From an uncultured bacterium (GTDB taxonomy: Bacteria > Krumholzibacteriota > Krumholzibacteriia > JAJRXK01): a stretch of 58,367 nucleotides of DNA. Both the position numbers and the translations under genes were made by a program. The notes beneath the pieces are model-generated. The model had not been told where the DNA came from and made no database searches. It was given only the letters and a program-made list of their open reading frames with translations. The stretch lies in the NCBI GenBank assembly GCA_964593155.1, contig CAZQHE010000005.1:1-58367 (forward strand), in the 5' to 3' direction. This document shows positions 16,945-26,020 of this stretch, piece by piece (the first letter of the stretch is position 1; the number at the start of each line of letters is the position of its first letter).

Positions 16945-19226
16945 CAGGATCGTTCCTCCACGCGGGCCACCTGCACCTGGGCCGTCTGCAGGGCGGCGCC
17001 GAAGGCGTAGGGCGTCCAGCGCTCGGACGTGAGCACGTTCACCGAGCCGCGCCGGTCGATCCCGTTCTCGTCGGGGGTCCACCAGCTTCCCTGCGGCAGG
17101 TTCACCACGCCCGGCAGGATGCGACGCGTGATCGCACACGGAATGCGGGTCTCGCCGCGGTGGTTGAACACGCGGACCTCGTCGCCGTCGAGCAGACCGC
17201 GCTCGGCGGCATCGATCGGATGGATCCACAGCCGCTGCGGATGGGCCTCGCGCAGCCAGTCGTTGTTGTCGTGCGTCGAGTGCACCCGCGCCAGCGTGTG
17301 GTTGGCGATGCACTGCAGCGGATGACGTTCGGCCTCGTCGCCGAAGGGGCTCTCCCATTCCTGGACGTACTTGGGAACCGCGGGCGCGACGTCGGGTCGG
17401 CCGAAGTGGTGCATGGCCAGCGAGAAGAGTTCGATCTTCCCCGAAGGCGTGGTCAGCGGATGCGCCTCGGGGTCACGGCGGAAGTCCTCGAGGGCGACGA
17501 TCGGCTCGGTGACCGGCGTCGACCACGCGCCGACGTTCTGCTCGACCATCTCCTCGAAGTCGGGCAGGTCGGGCAGCCAGCGTTCGCGGTAGCGATCGAA
17601 GATCCACTTCGTCCACGCGCGCTCGTCGCGGCCTTCGGTGTAGTCCTCGCCCACGCCCAGGCGCTCCGCCAGATCGGCGGCGATGCGGTAGTCGCTCCTC
17701 GACTCGCCCAGCGGCTCGACGACCTGCGGCATCAGGATGACTTCCTGGCCGTACTTCCAGCCGTCCTCCAGTCCCCAGGTCTCGAACTGCGTGCAGGCGG
17801 GCAGCACCAGATCGGCGAAGCGGGCACTGGGCGTGAGGAAGTTGTCCTGGACGACCAGGAACTCGACCTTCGAGGTGTCGCGCAGCAATTCGCCGGTGCG
17901 GTTGAGGTCGCCGTGCTGGTTGGCGAGGATGTTCGACGCGACCGACCAGATCAGCTTGACGTCGCTCTCGAGCGTGTCGACGCCACGAGCGTCGAGCCCG
18001 CGCACGCCGTGGTCGCGGCCCATGCGGCGGCCCTCGCGGATGGCCTCGGTCCACAGGAAACACGGGATGTCGAGGCCGTAGTCGTTGGTGCCGGTGGGGA
18101 AGGCGTTCCAGAAGGGTCCGGCGGTCGGGGCGACCGACAGGCCGCTCGTCCACGCGCCGTGCACGCCCACGTTGCCGGTGATCGCGGCCAGGGCCATGCC
18201 CGCGCGCACGACCTGTTCGCCGTAGGCGCGGCGCTGCATGGCGTAGCCCTGGTACAGCACGCCCGGTTTGATCGTGGCGTACTCGCGGGCCAGGCGCACG
18301 ATGGTGTCGACGGGAACGGCGGTGATTTCCGAGGCCCACTGTGGGGTCTTCGGCGTGCCGTCGCGCGTGCCGAGGACGTAGTCGGTGTACGACTCGGCCC
18401 CGGCGGCCTCGGCCGGCATCTGTGTGGCGTCGAATCCCGAGCAGCAGCGGTCGACGAAGTCGCGGTCGTGTAGTTCCTCGTCGAGGATCACGTGGGCCAT
18501 GGCGGTCATCAGCGCCGTGTCGGTGCCCGGGCGCAGCGGGATCCACTCGTCGGCCAGGCTCGCGGTGCTCGGCGTGTGGCGGGGGTCGATGCACACCACG
18601 CGCGCGCCGCGTTCGCGGGCCTTCATCACGAAGTAGTCGCTGTTCGTGCCGTCGCGGGCCTCGGCCGGGTTCCATCCCCACATGAGGATCAGCTTGGCGT
18701 TCAGCCAGTCCTGGCGCTCGTTGCCGCACTTCGTGGTGCCGACCGTGTCGGGAGTGGCGATGTTGGTCGCGCCCCAGCTGTAGCTGTTGTAGATGCCGAG
18801 CTGGCCACCGATGCAGTTGAACAGGCGGCGCGCCGTCTGCGAGCCCGTGGTCTGTCCGTAGCCGCCGGTGCCGTAGGGTACGAAGAGCGCACCGTTGCCG
18901 TACTCGGCGCGGATGCGGCCGATCTCGGATGCGAACTCGTCGAGGGCGTCGTCCCACGACACGGGTTCGAAGGATCCGCTGCCGCGCGGGCCGGTGCGGC
19001 GCAGGGGCTGCGTCAGGCGATCGGGATGGTTCTGCCGCCGCAGGTAGGCACGGCCGCGCGTGCAGGCACGAAGACGCGGATTCGCGATCGGATGCTCGGG
19101 CCGGTCGTCGGTCTCGATCCGCACGATCTGCCCGTCGCGCACGTGGGCGCGCAACAGACATCGCCCGCCACAGTTGTGGGCGGGGCAGCCGGTGCGGACG
19201 ACGGTGGTGCCGCCTTCGGCGGTCAT
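16944..19226 (-). CDS. DMSO-reductase-family molybdopterin oxidoreductase catalytic subunit (DmsA-like), no Tat signal peptide
   Basis: Start MTAEGGTTVVRTGCPAHNCGGRC (N-terminal FS0 Cys motif). Colinear similarity to E. coli DmsA (CTRGRAYLRRQNHPDRLTQP, IDPRHT, LTTPSGKIELFS). No twin-arginine leader appears before the Cys motif. Confidence 0.85.
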   Translation of the reverse strand: MTAEGGTTVVRTGCPAHNCGGRCLLRAHVRDGQIVRIETDDRPEHPIANPRLRACTRGRAYLRRQNHPDRLTQPLRRTGPRGSGSFEPVSWDDALDEFASEIGRIRAEYGNGALFVPYGTGGYGQTTGSQTARRLFNCIGGQLGIYNSYSWGATNIATPDTVGTTKCGNERQDWLNAKLILMWGWNPAEARDGTNSDYFVMKARERGARVVCIDPRHTPSTASLADEWIPLRPGTDTALMTAMAHVILDEELHDRDFVDRCCSGFDATQMPAEAAGAESYTDYVLGTRDGTPKTPQWASEITAVPVDTIVRLAREYATIKPGVLYQGYAMQRRAYGEQVVRAGMALAAITGNVGVHGAWTSGLSVAPTAGPFWNAFPTGTNDYGLDIPCFLWTEAIREGRRMGRDHGVRGLDARGVDTLESDVKLIWSVASNILANQHGDLNRTGELLRDTSKVEFLVVQDNFLTPSARFADLVLPACTQFETWGLEDGWKYGQEVILMPQVVEPLGESRSDYRIAADLAERLGVGEDYTEGRDERAWTKWIFDRYRERWLPDLPDFEEMVEQNVGAWSTPVTEPIVALEDFRRDPEAHPLTTPSGKIELFSLAMHHFGRPDVAPAVPKYVQEWESPFGDEAERHPLQCIANHTLARVHSTHDNNDWLREAHPQRLWIHPIDAAERGLLDGDEVRVFNHRGETRIPCAITRRILPGVVNLPQGSWWTPDENGIDRRGSVNVLTSERWTPYAFGAALQTAQVQVARVEERS

Positions 19227-19329
19227 GCGGGGCCTCGGGGCTCGGGCGGGTTCCGGGAACGGATCGAGTATCGGAGTCGATCGCGGCGGGCTCAACCGGG
19301 TGGCGGCCCAGGTCACGATTCTGGGGGCG

Positions 19330-20508
19330 TCACCGTCGGGTGCTCGGGGTCGGGAGTGCGACCACACCCCGCGGGGCGAGGCTGGCGGCCAGCATGACGG
19401 TGTCGATGTCCTCGTGCTCACGCCACGCACGGCTGTCCCGGGCTTCCGCGGACCGCCAGAACGACTCGATGGTCTCGCGCAGGGCAACGAAGTCCGCCAG
19501 GGCGGGGAAACGGTCCTGGACCGCCGCCAGACCGATGGACAGTCCGAACTCACGGAAGGCCAGTCGGGTCTCGGCCGGACCCGTCAGGCCCAGACGCCGC
19601 GGCCCGATCACGAGACCCGCGCGTGCCGACGAGAGCAGGTCGGCGTTGAGGGGATCGTCGGGATCGATCTGATCGAGGTGGACGAGGTCGAGGAGCAGAC
19701 CACCGATACCGAGCGGATCGGTCGTGGCCAGTCCGCGTACGTCGATCATGTCCCGCAGTTGTTCGGCGATCGCGGTGAGGGTCGGCGCTTCGGGATCGTC
19801 GCCGAGGGCGTGACGGGTGGCCTCGAGCTGGCGCGCCGTGACGTGGCCGTCGAGCGGATCGTGCTGGCCGGTCGACGGGACCAGCGGCCGCGACAGGTCG
19901 ATGCTCATCTTCCACGCCAGCGCCGGTCGGCCGAAGGGCGTGTCGCGGCGGCCGAACGCCTGCACGGCGGTCTCGCACAGTTCGCGCGACCAGCGGGCGT
20001 ATCGCAGCTCGCCCGTGGTGCGCGCGGCACGGTCCAGCGCCTGCATCCAGCGCGTGAGGTAGTGGAAGTACTGTCCGTCGCGATCCCACTCCTCCTGTGG
20101 GTCGAAGGCATCGTGCCGTCCGCGCTCGGGGCGCTCCTTGCCGATCCGCAGGCCACCGCGTGTGGGATGGAGTTCGCCCTCGGCATCGTCCAGGCCGCTC
20201 AGCCAGCCCTGACGACGGTCGTCGTCGCGATGCCGGCCCAGCACGCGGTGGACCTGGTCGATCAGGGTGAGGGCGCGCGAACGGAATCGCGTGTCGCCGG
20301 TGTGTTCGTACAGACCGAGGTCGGTCATCACCGCGAAGGCGTCGGTCCACAGGTACCGGCGCGGCGGGTCCGACGACGTCACACCCGTGCGGTCGGCGAA
20401 TCGATCGAGGAGGTCGACGGCTTCGAGCAATCGCGGGTCGGGCACGACGGGCTCCTTCGTGGAGGAACGCAGCGTGCCCAGCCTGTGGCTCGGGAGCGGG
20501 CGGCGCAT
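19330..20508 (-). CDS. hypothetical protein, first gene of the molybdoenzyme operon
   Basis: About 390 aa of good composition (YLWTDAFAV, GQYFHYLTRWMQALDRA). Same strand as dmsA and 104 nt upstream of it. No family recognised; a six-hairpin glycosidase-like fold is a guess. Confidence 0.55.
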   Translation of the reverse strand: MRRPLPSHRLGTLRSSTKEPVVPDPRLLEAVDLLDRFADRTGVTSSDPPRRYLWTDAFAVMTDLGLYEHTGDTRFRSRALTLIDQVHRVLGRHRDDDRRQGWLSGLDDAEGELHPTRGGLRIGKERPERGRHDAFDPQEEWDRDGQYFHYLTRWMQALDRAARTTGELRYARWSRELCETAVQAFGRRDTPFGRPALAWKMSIDLSRPLVPSTGQHDPLDGHVTARQLEATRHALGDDPEAPTLTAIAEQLRDMIDVRGLATTDPLGIGGLLLDLVHLDQIDPDDPLNADLLSSARAGLVIGPRRLGLTGPAETRLAFREFGLSIGLAAVQDRFPALADFVALRETIESFWRSAEARDSRAWREHEDIDTVMLAASLAPRGVVALPTPSTRR

Positions 20509-20569
20509 CGGGGGCATTCCGACCACAGCGGTGGTCCGCCCCCGAGGCGATGGCGTCGGGGCGGGTCGC

Positions 20570-21640
20570 TCAGCCCGCCGGCGACAGGTCGGTGGGCGGC
20601 AGCGGCATGTCGTCGATCACCGTCCGGAGCAGTTCCTGCTTCTCGTCCCACGGCAGGAAGGCGTGACGGAAGCCGTTCAGCGCGATCTCGCGGACGTGGG
20701 CCGCACCCACGCCGCACTCGCTGTGCGTCCGCCAGAGTTCCTCGGTCACGCTGGTGCGCGTGAACAGACGGTTGTCGGTGTTCACGGTGACGGGAACGCC
20801 CGCCTCGACGATCCGACGAATCGGATGCTCCTCGAGACTCGGCACGACCTTCGTCTGCACGTTGCTCGACGGGCAGATCTCCAGGGCGATCTGACGGTCG
20901 ACCACGTAGCGCATGAGCGCCGCGTCCTCGACCAGCGTGATCCCGTGGCCGATCCGGTGCGCGCCGTTGTACAGAAGCGCCTGCCGGATCGAGTCGGGGC
21001 CCCAGGCCTCGCCGGCGTGGATGGTCAGCCCGAGCAGGTGGTTGCGGGCGTGGTAGAAGGCCGACAGGTGGGCCTTGGCGGGGTTGCCGGCCTCACCGCC
21101 CGCGAGGTCGAAGGCCACGACGCCGCGGTCGGCGTAGGCCACGGCCAGCTCGGCCTGCTGCAGCGAGGCGCTCTCGAAACGGTCGCGCAGCCCGCAGATG
21201 ATCAGCCCCGTGCGGATTCCGAACTCCTTCTCGGCCGCGGCCAGCCCGTCGAGCACGGCCTCGTTCACCTCTTCGAGGCTCAGGCCCTCCTCTGTGTGCA
21301 GGATCGGGCCGTACCGGACCTCGAGATAGCGCACGTTCTCCCGCGCGTTGTCCTCGGCGAGTTCGTAGGCAGCGCGGCGCAGCGCGTCGGGCGACTGCAG
21401 CAGCGGAATCGTGTAGCCGAACCAGGCGAGGAAGGCCTCGAGCGATTCGCTGTCCTCGATCTGCATGAGCACGTCCTGCAGACCGTCGACACTGTCGGAC
21501 GGCAGCAGGTCGAGTTTGCCCTGCTCGCGGGCGAACTCGAGCATGGTCTCGAGCCGGAGCGAGCCGTCGAGGTGGCAGTGGAGTTCGGCCTTGGGCCAGG
21601 CCAGGAGTTCGTCGCGGGTGAGGACGGTGGCGGCCTTCAT
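20570..21640 (-). CDS. add: adenosine deaminase
   Basis: Start MKAATVLTRDELLAWPKAELHCHLDGS. Zn-binding HxHxDG signature and C-terminal ...TVNTDN... motif. Confidence 0.85.
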   Translation of the reverse strand: MKAATVLTRDELLAWPKAELHCHLDGSLRLETMLEFAREQGKLDLLPSDSVDGLQDVLMQIEDSESLEAFLAWFGYTIPLLQSPDALRRAAYELAEDNARENVRYLEVRYGPILHTEEGLSLEEVNEAVLDGLAAAEKEFGIRTGLIICGLRDRFESASLQQAELAVAYADRGVVAFDLAGGEAGNPAKAHLSAFYHARNHLLGLTIHAGEAWGPDSIRQALLYNGAHRIGHGITLVEDAALMRYVVDRQIALEICPSSNVQTKVVPSLEEHPIRRIVEAGVPVTVNTDNRLFTRTSVTEELWRTHSECGVGAAHVREIALNGFRHAFLPWDEKQELLRTVIDDMPLPPTDLSPAG

Positions 21641-21779
21641 GGGAGTCCTCGTAGTGTGAGAGCTGGTCGACGCCGGCCGGTGCTCGGCCGGAAGGTATTC
21701 CGCCCAACATAACAACGGATCGCGCTTCCCGCGCCCCCCGGATCCCTCTTCGCTCGACGACGACGTCGCCACGGTTCCG

Positions 21780-23747
21780 ATGATCGCACCACCGGACCAG
21801 GATCCCCGCTGGCTCGCCAAGGCCAGCGACAGCTCGCTGCGCCGGCTGTTGCCCGGCCTGAAGCGGACCTTCGAGGCCGAGGCCGACCCGGCGGAGTGGG
21901 ACCACTTCGAGGCGCGGCTGCGCGAGCACTTCATGCGCTTCTTCAGCCGGTTCCACGCGCTGTACGGGCACCAGTACGACTTCTTCTACCACCTCGGCGA
22001 AGTGGTGCACGCGGCCACGGCCATGTGGCACCAGCGCCCCGACGAGCTGAAGGCCCTCGACGCCCTGCGCGAGGTCGATCCCGGTTGGTACGCCTCGCGG
22101 CGCATGGTCGGGGCCATGTGCTACGTCGACCTCTTCGCCGGCGACCTGCAGGGTATCCGCGATCGGATTCCCTACCTGAAGGAACTCGGGATCACCTACC
22201 TGCACCTGATGCCCGTGTTCGACGTGCCGGAGGGAGACAACGACGGCGGCTACGCCGTGCGCAGCTTCCGCGAGATCCGGGCCGACCTCGGCACCATGGA
22301 CGACCTGGCCGAGCTGGCCACGGAACTGCGACACCACGGGATCTCGCTGGTCCTCGACTTCATCCTGAACCACACGTCCGACGAGCACGAGTGGGCACAG
22401 CGCGCGCTTCGTGGCGACGAGGAGTACCAGGACTACTACCGGATGTTCGACGACCGCAGGCTGCCCGACGCCTACGAGGGCAGCATGAGCGAGATCTTCC
22501 CCGACGACCATCCGGGGTCGTTCATCTACCGCAATCGCATCAAGAAGTGGATCTGGACGACCTTCAACAATTACCAGTGGGACCTGAACTACGAGAACCC
22601 CGAGGTCTTCGGCCGCATGGCGCAGGAGATGCTGTTCCTGGCCAACCAGGGGGTGGAGATCCTGCGCTTCGACGCGCTGGCCTTCGTTTGGAAGCGCCTG
22701 GGGACCACCTGCCAGAACCTGCCCGAGGCCCACTGGGTGATCCAGGCCTTCAACGCGTTGGTGCGGATCGTCGCGCCGGCCGTCGAGTTCAAGTCGGAGG
22801 CGATCGTCCATCCCGACGAGGTGCGCAAGTACGTCGACCGCGACGAGTGCCCGCTCTCGTACAACCCCGAACTCATGGCGCTGCTCTGGGAGGCACTGGC
22901 CACGCGTGACGTGCGTGTGCTGAACCACGCCGTGCAGCGCCGTTACGAAGTGCCCGAAGAGTGCGTCTGGGTCAACTTCCTGCGGTGTCACGACGACATC
23001 GGTTGGGCCTTCTCGAACGAGGACGTCGAGGCCGTCGGTTTCGATCCCGACGCACATCGACGTTTCCTGACCGACTTCTACACGGGACGCTTCCCGGGGA
23101 GCTTCGCCCGCGGGGCGCCCTTCATGGAGAATCCCCTGACCGGCGACGCCCGCGTGTCGGGCATGTTGGCGTCGCTGTGCGGACTCGAGAAGGCCCTCGA
23201 GGAAGGCGACGCCCACGAGGTCGAACTGTCGGTACGCCGGATCCTGCTGCTGCACGGCATCGTGATCACGCTCGGCGGCCTTCCGTTGATCTACCTCGGC
23301 GACGAGATCGGCATGCTCAACGACCACTCCTACCATCAGCACCCGCAGAAGATCGGGGACTCGCGCTGGCTGCACCGGCCTCGCTTCGACTGGGAGCGGG
23401 TCGAGCACCGGCGCGACGCCGACACTCCGGAGGGTGCGATCTACCAGGGTCTGCTGCGCCTGGTACAGCTCCGGCAGCAGAACCCCGCGTTCACCCGCAA
23501 CGGCGACACCGAGTTCCTCGACACCGGGAATCGACACGTGTTCGGATTCCTGCGCGACTACGAGGACCACGGGGTGCTCGTGCTGGGCAACTTCACCGAG
23601 CACGGCCAGGCGGTCGAGGCGCGGCGTCTGAGGCAGATGGGCATGCGCAAGACCATGGTCGACCTGTACGCCGGGCGCTCGATCACCGCGACCGAGAAGC
23701 TCGTGCTCGAGCCCTACGAGTTCATGGTGTTGTCGCGCGTGGGGTGA
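21780..23747 (+). CDS. amylosucrase (GH13 sucrose glucosyltransferase)
   Basis: Near end-to-end similarity to Neisseria amylosucrase (GGVCYVDLFAGDL, FILNHTSDEHEWAQ, WTTFNNYQWDLNYENP, ILRFDALAFVWK, YVRCHDDIGW). Confidence 0.85.
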   Translation: MIAPPDQDPRWLAKASDSSLRRLLPGLKRTFEAEADPAEWDHFEARLREHFMRFFSRFHALYGHQYDFFYHLGEVVHAATAMWHQRPDELKALDALREVDPGWYASRRMVGAMCYVDLFAGDLQGIRDRIPYLKELGITYLHLMPVFDVPEGDNDGGYAVRSFREIRADLGTMDDLAELATELRHHGISLVLDFILNHTSDEHEWAQRALRGDEEYQDYYRMFDDRRLPDAYEGSMSEIFPDDHPGSFIYRNRIKKWIWTTFNNYQWDLNYENPEVFGRMAQEMLFLANQGVEILRFDALAFVWKRLGTTCQNLPEAHWVIQAFNALVRIVAPAVEFKSEAIVHPDEVRKYVDRDECPLSYNPELMALLWEALATRDVRVLNHAVQRRYEVPEECVWVNFLRCHDDIGWAFSNEDVEAVGFDPDAHRRFLTDFYTGRFPGSFARGAPFMENPLTGDARVSGMLASLCGLEKALEEGDAHEVELSVRRILLLHGIVITLGGLPLIYLGDEIGMLNDHSYHQHPQKIGDSRWLHRPRFDWERVEHRRDADTPEGAIYQGLLRLVQLRQQNPAFTRNGDTEFLDTGNRHVFGFLRDYEDHGVLVLGNFTEHGQAVEARRLRQMGMRKTMVDLYAGRSITATEKLVLEPYEFMVLSRVG

Positions 23748-23750
23748 CGG

Positions 23751-24179
23751 TCAGTCCCGTCTCTCGCCGAGCAACCAGCGCAACGGACGCGGGATCCCGT
23801 CCTCCGGCCGCACGCTGCCCGGCCCGATGCGGATCCATTCGACGCCGGCGTCCACCTGTGGAAGGTCGATCGCAAGGTCGCGGACCTCGATCCCGGACCA
23901 CGACAACCGATGACCGGCGTCGTCGGTGCTCACGCCGCACGAGCGGATCACGAGCACGACGGGGCCGATCGACGGCGGGCCGGTGAGTTCGACGGACACG
24001 TCCTTGCCGTCGTCCGCCGAGTCGACGTGGAGTCGCTCGAGCGTCCACTCGTCACCGAGCCAGCGCTCCGAGATCAGATCCCGTGCGGCGTTCACCAGTC
24101 CTCCCAGGGCGCGGTCCCGCAGCTTCCTCATCCGGCTCGCTCCTCGGGCTCGCACGACGGTCACGGCGTGGTCGATCAT
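23751..24179 (-). CDS. hypothetical small protein (about 143 aa)
   Basis: Starts at MIDHAVTVV within a longer tool ORF. Composition is moderately protein-like. No family recognised. Confidence 0.35.
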   Translation of the reverse strand: MIDHAVTVVRARGASRMRKLRDRALGGLVNAARDLISERWLGDEWTLERLHVDSADDGKDVSVELTGPPSIGPVVLVIRSCGVSTDDAGHRLSWSGIEVRDLAIDLPQVDAGVEWIRIGPGSVRPEDGIPRPLRWLLGERRD

Positions 24180-24339
24180 GGCCAGTTCCGGAGCGGAACT
24201 CAAGCGCCGAGCGCGCCGACCGAGCGTTCCCCACCGCGCATTGGGGTGTCCCACCATGGTCGACGGAACCCTGCACGTGCGACCTGTACCGGCAACTTCG
24301 TGTTCCCGGTTCGCGAGCCGACTTCCGAGGAGGCCCTCC

Positions 24340-25785
24340 ATGCACGCCCCACGCCGCATCCACCCGTTCCTGAACGTGCTCCTGGTGAGCGTTCTGCTGC
24401 TTCCCGCCGTGGCCACGGCCCAGATCGACGACGAGGGCGTGGCCATCGCGCGTCAGCTGTCCGACGCGTTCGAGTCGGTGGCCGAGATGAACCGGCTGTC
24501 GGTGGTGAGTGTGGTGTCGACGGGAACCGTGCCCTCGCCGGATTCGCGCAGCCCGTTCGAGGGTTCGCCGTGGGAGGAGTTCTTCGGGCGTGACTTCTTC
24601 GAGCGCTTCGATCCGTCGAGCAACGACGGCCAGCGCATGCGCCTGGGGCAGGGCAGTGGCGTGATCGTCTCGAAGGACGGCTACGTCCTGACGAACAACC
24701 ACGTGGTGGCCAACGCCGACGAGGTCGAGATCGTGCTCGGCGACGAGCGGCGTTTCACGGCCCAGATCGTCGGCACCGACCCCAAGACGGATCTGGCCGT
24801 CCTGAAGATCGACGCGCCCGACCTCGTGCCCGCCCGCCTCGGTGACTCCGACGCCATGAGCGTGGGCGAGTGGGTGGTGGCCGCGGGCAACCCCTTCGGG
24901 CTGACCGCATCGGTCACCGCCGGCATCGTCAGCGCGCTCGGCCGGTCGAACATGGGGATCACCGACTACGAGGACTTCATCCAGACCGACGCAGCGATCA
25001 ACCCCGGCAACAGCGGCGGCCCGCTGCTGAATCTCGACGGCGAGGTCGTCGGCATCAACACCGCGATCATGACGCGCTCCGGCGGCTCGATGGGCGTGGG
25101 CTTCGCCATTCCGTCGAACATGGCGCGCGACATCATGAACAGCCTGATCGAGACCGGACGCGTGGTCCGCGGTTGGCTGGGAGTGGGGATCCAAAGGCTC
25201 ACGCCGGAACTCGCCACTTCCTTCGACTTCGAGGGCGACCAGGGCGTGCTCGTGGCCGAGGTCGACGAGGGCACGCCGGCGTACCGTGGTGGCCTGCGCG
25301 CGGGCGACATCGTCGTGGCCTACGACGGCCGGCCGCTCGAGTCGATGGAGGGATTCCGGACCGACGTCGCGTCGACGCCACCGGGCACCGAGGTGCCGAT
25401 CGAGGTGTTCCGCGACGGCGAGACGCGGGAGTTGCGCGTGGAGGTCGGCGAACTCGAGACCCGCGGTCAGGTGGCGAGCCGGCCCGACGAGGACGGGATC
25501 GAGCTCGGCATCGGCGTGCAGGAACTCACGCCCACGCTGGCCGAGCGCATGGGGATCGACGACGAGACCGACGGGGTGGTCGTCACGCAGGTGCGGTCGG
25601 GAAGCCGTGCCGCCGCAGCCGGAGTGCGCCGCGGCGATCTCATCGTGGCCGTGCAGGGTCGGGACGTCACGTCGATCCCGGAGTTGCGCGAGGCCCTGGA
25701 CGACACGCGGGGCCGGGGATCGATCCGTCTGGCGATCGTGCGCGGGGGAATGCGGATGTACGTGGTGGTGTCGGACGTGGGTTGA
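24340..25785 (+). CDS. periplasmic HtrA/DegP-family serine endoprotease with two PDZ domains
   Basis: Signal peptide MHAPRRIHPFLNVLLVSVLLLPAVATA. Catalytic triad context (TNNHVV, ...D..., GNSGGPL). Two PDZ regions follow. Confidence 0.85.
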   Translation: MHAPRRIHPFLNVLLVSVLLLPAVATAQIDDEGVAIARQLSDAFESVAEMNRLSVVSVVSTGTVPSPDSRSPFEGSPWEEFFGRDFFERFDPSSNDGQRMRLGQGSGVIVSKDGYVLTNNHVVANADEVEIVLGDERRFTAQIVGTDPKTDLAVLKIDAPDLVPARLGDSDAMSVGEWVVAAGNPFGLTASVTAGIVSALGRSNMGITDYEDFIQTDAAINPGNSGGPLLNLDGEVVGINTAIMTRSGGSMGVGFAIPSNMARDIMNSLIETGRVVRGWLGVGIQRLTPELATSFDFEGDQGVLVAEVDEGTPAYRGGLRAGDIVVAYDGRPLESMEGFRTDVASTPPGTEVPIEVFRDGETRELRVEVGELETRGQVASRPDEDGIELGIGVQELTPTLAERMGIDDETDGVVVTQVRSGSRAAAAGVRRGDLIVAVQGRDVTSIPELREALDDTRGRGSIRLAIVRGGMRMYVVVSDVG

Positions 25786-26020
25786 TCGCGCGGACATCGG
25801 GGCGAGTCGATGAGCGAATGAAGTCAGAATGCTGACCGTCCATTTGACGCATCTCTCGACTGTGTTAGGGTCTGCGCTCGTCTGCGCAGGCCACCTCTCG
25901 GCTGTTTTGCGGCCTGCCTCGCCCTGAGAACCCCCGAAAACCGCCGAATTCCCTGTGCCAGAGAGCAGTTGGGAGGCGCCAAGCCCTGCTGAGCAGCCGC
26001 CATCCGGGTGATCCAGTCGT

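Noticed and set aside
16467-19672. Long ORFs antisense to or frame-shifted within dmsA/dmsBC (16467..18473 plus, 17473..19161 minus, 18929..19672 plus)
   Set aside because: The DmsA and DmsB similarity is unambiguous in the chosen frames. The alternatives are low-complexity.
21093-23603. 836-aa minus-strand ORF spanning adenosine deaminase and amylosucrase, and similar shadows at 24052..26574, 25865..27532, 28157..29425, 29530..30693, 32744..34414, 34372..36384, 37608..39290, 45271..46785, 47364..48428, 48334..49776, 50765..52813 and 55332..57911
   Set aside because: All are antisense or alternate-frame artefacts over genes with strong family signatures. Their compositions are dominated by R/G/P/A/H runs.
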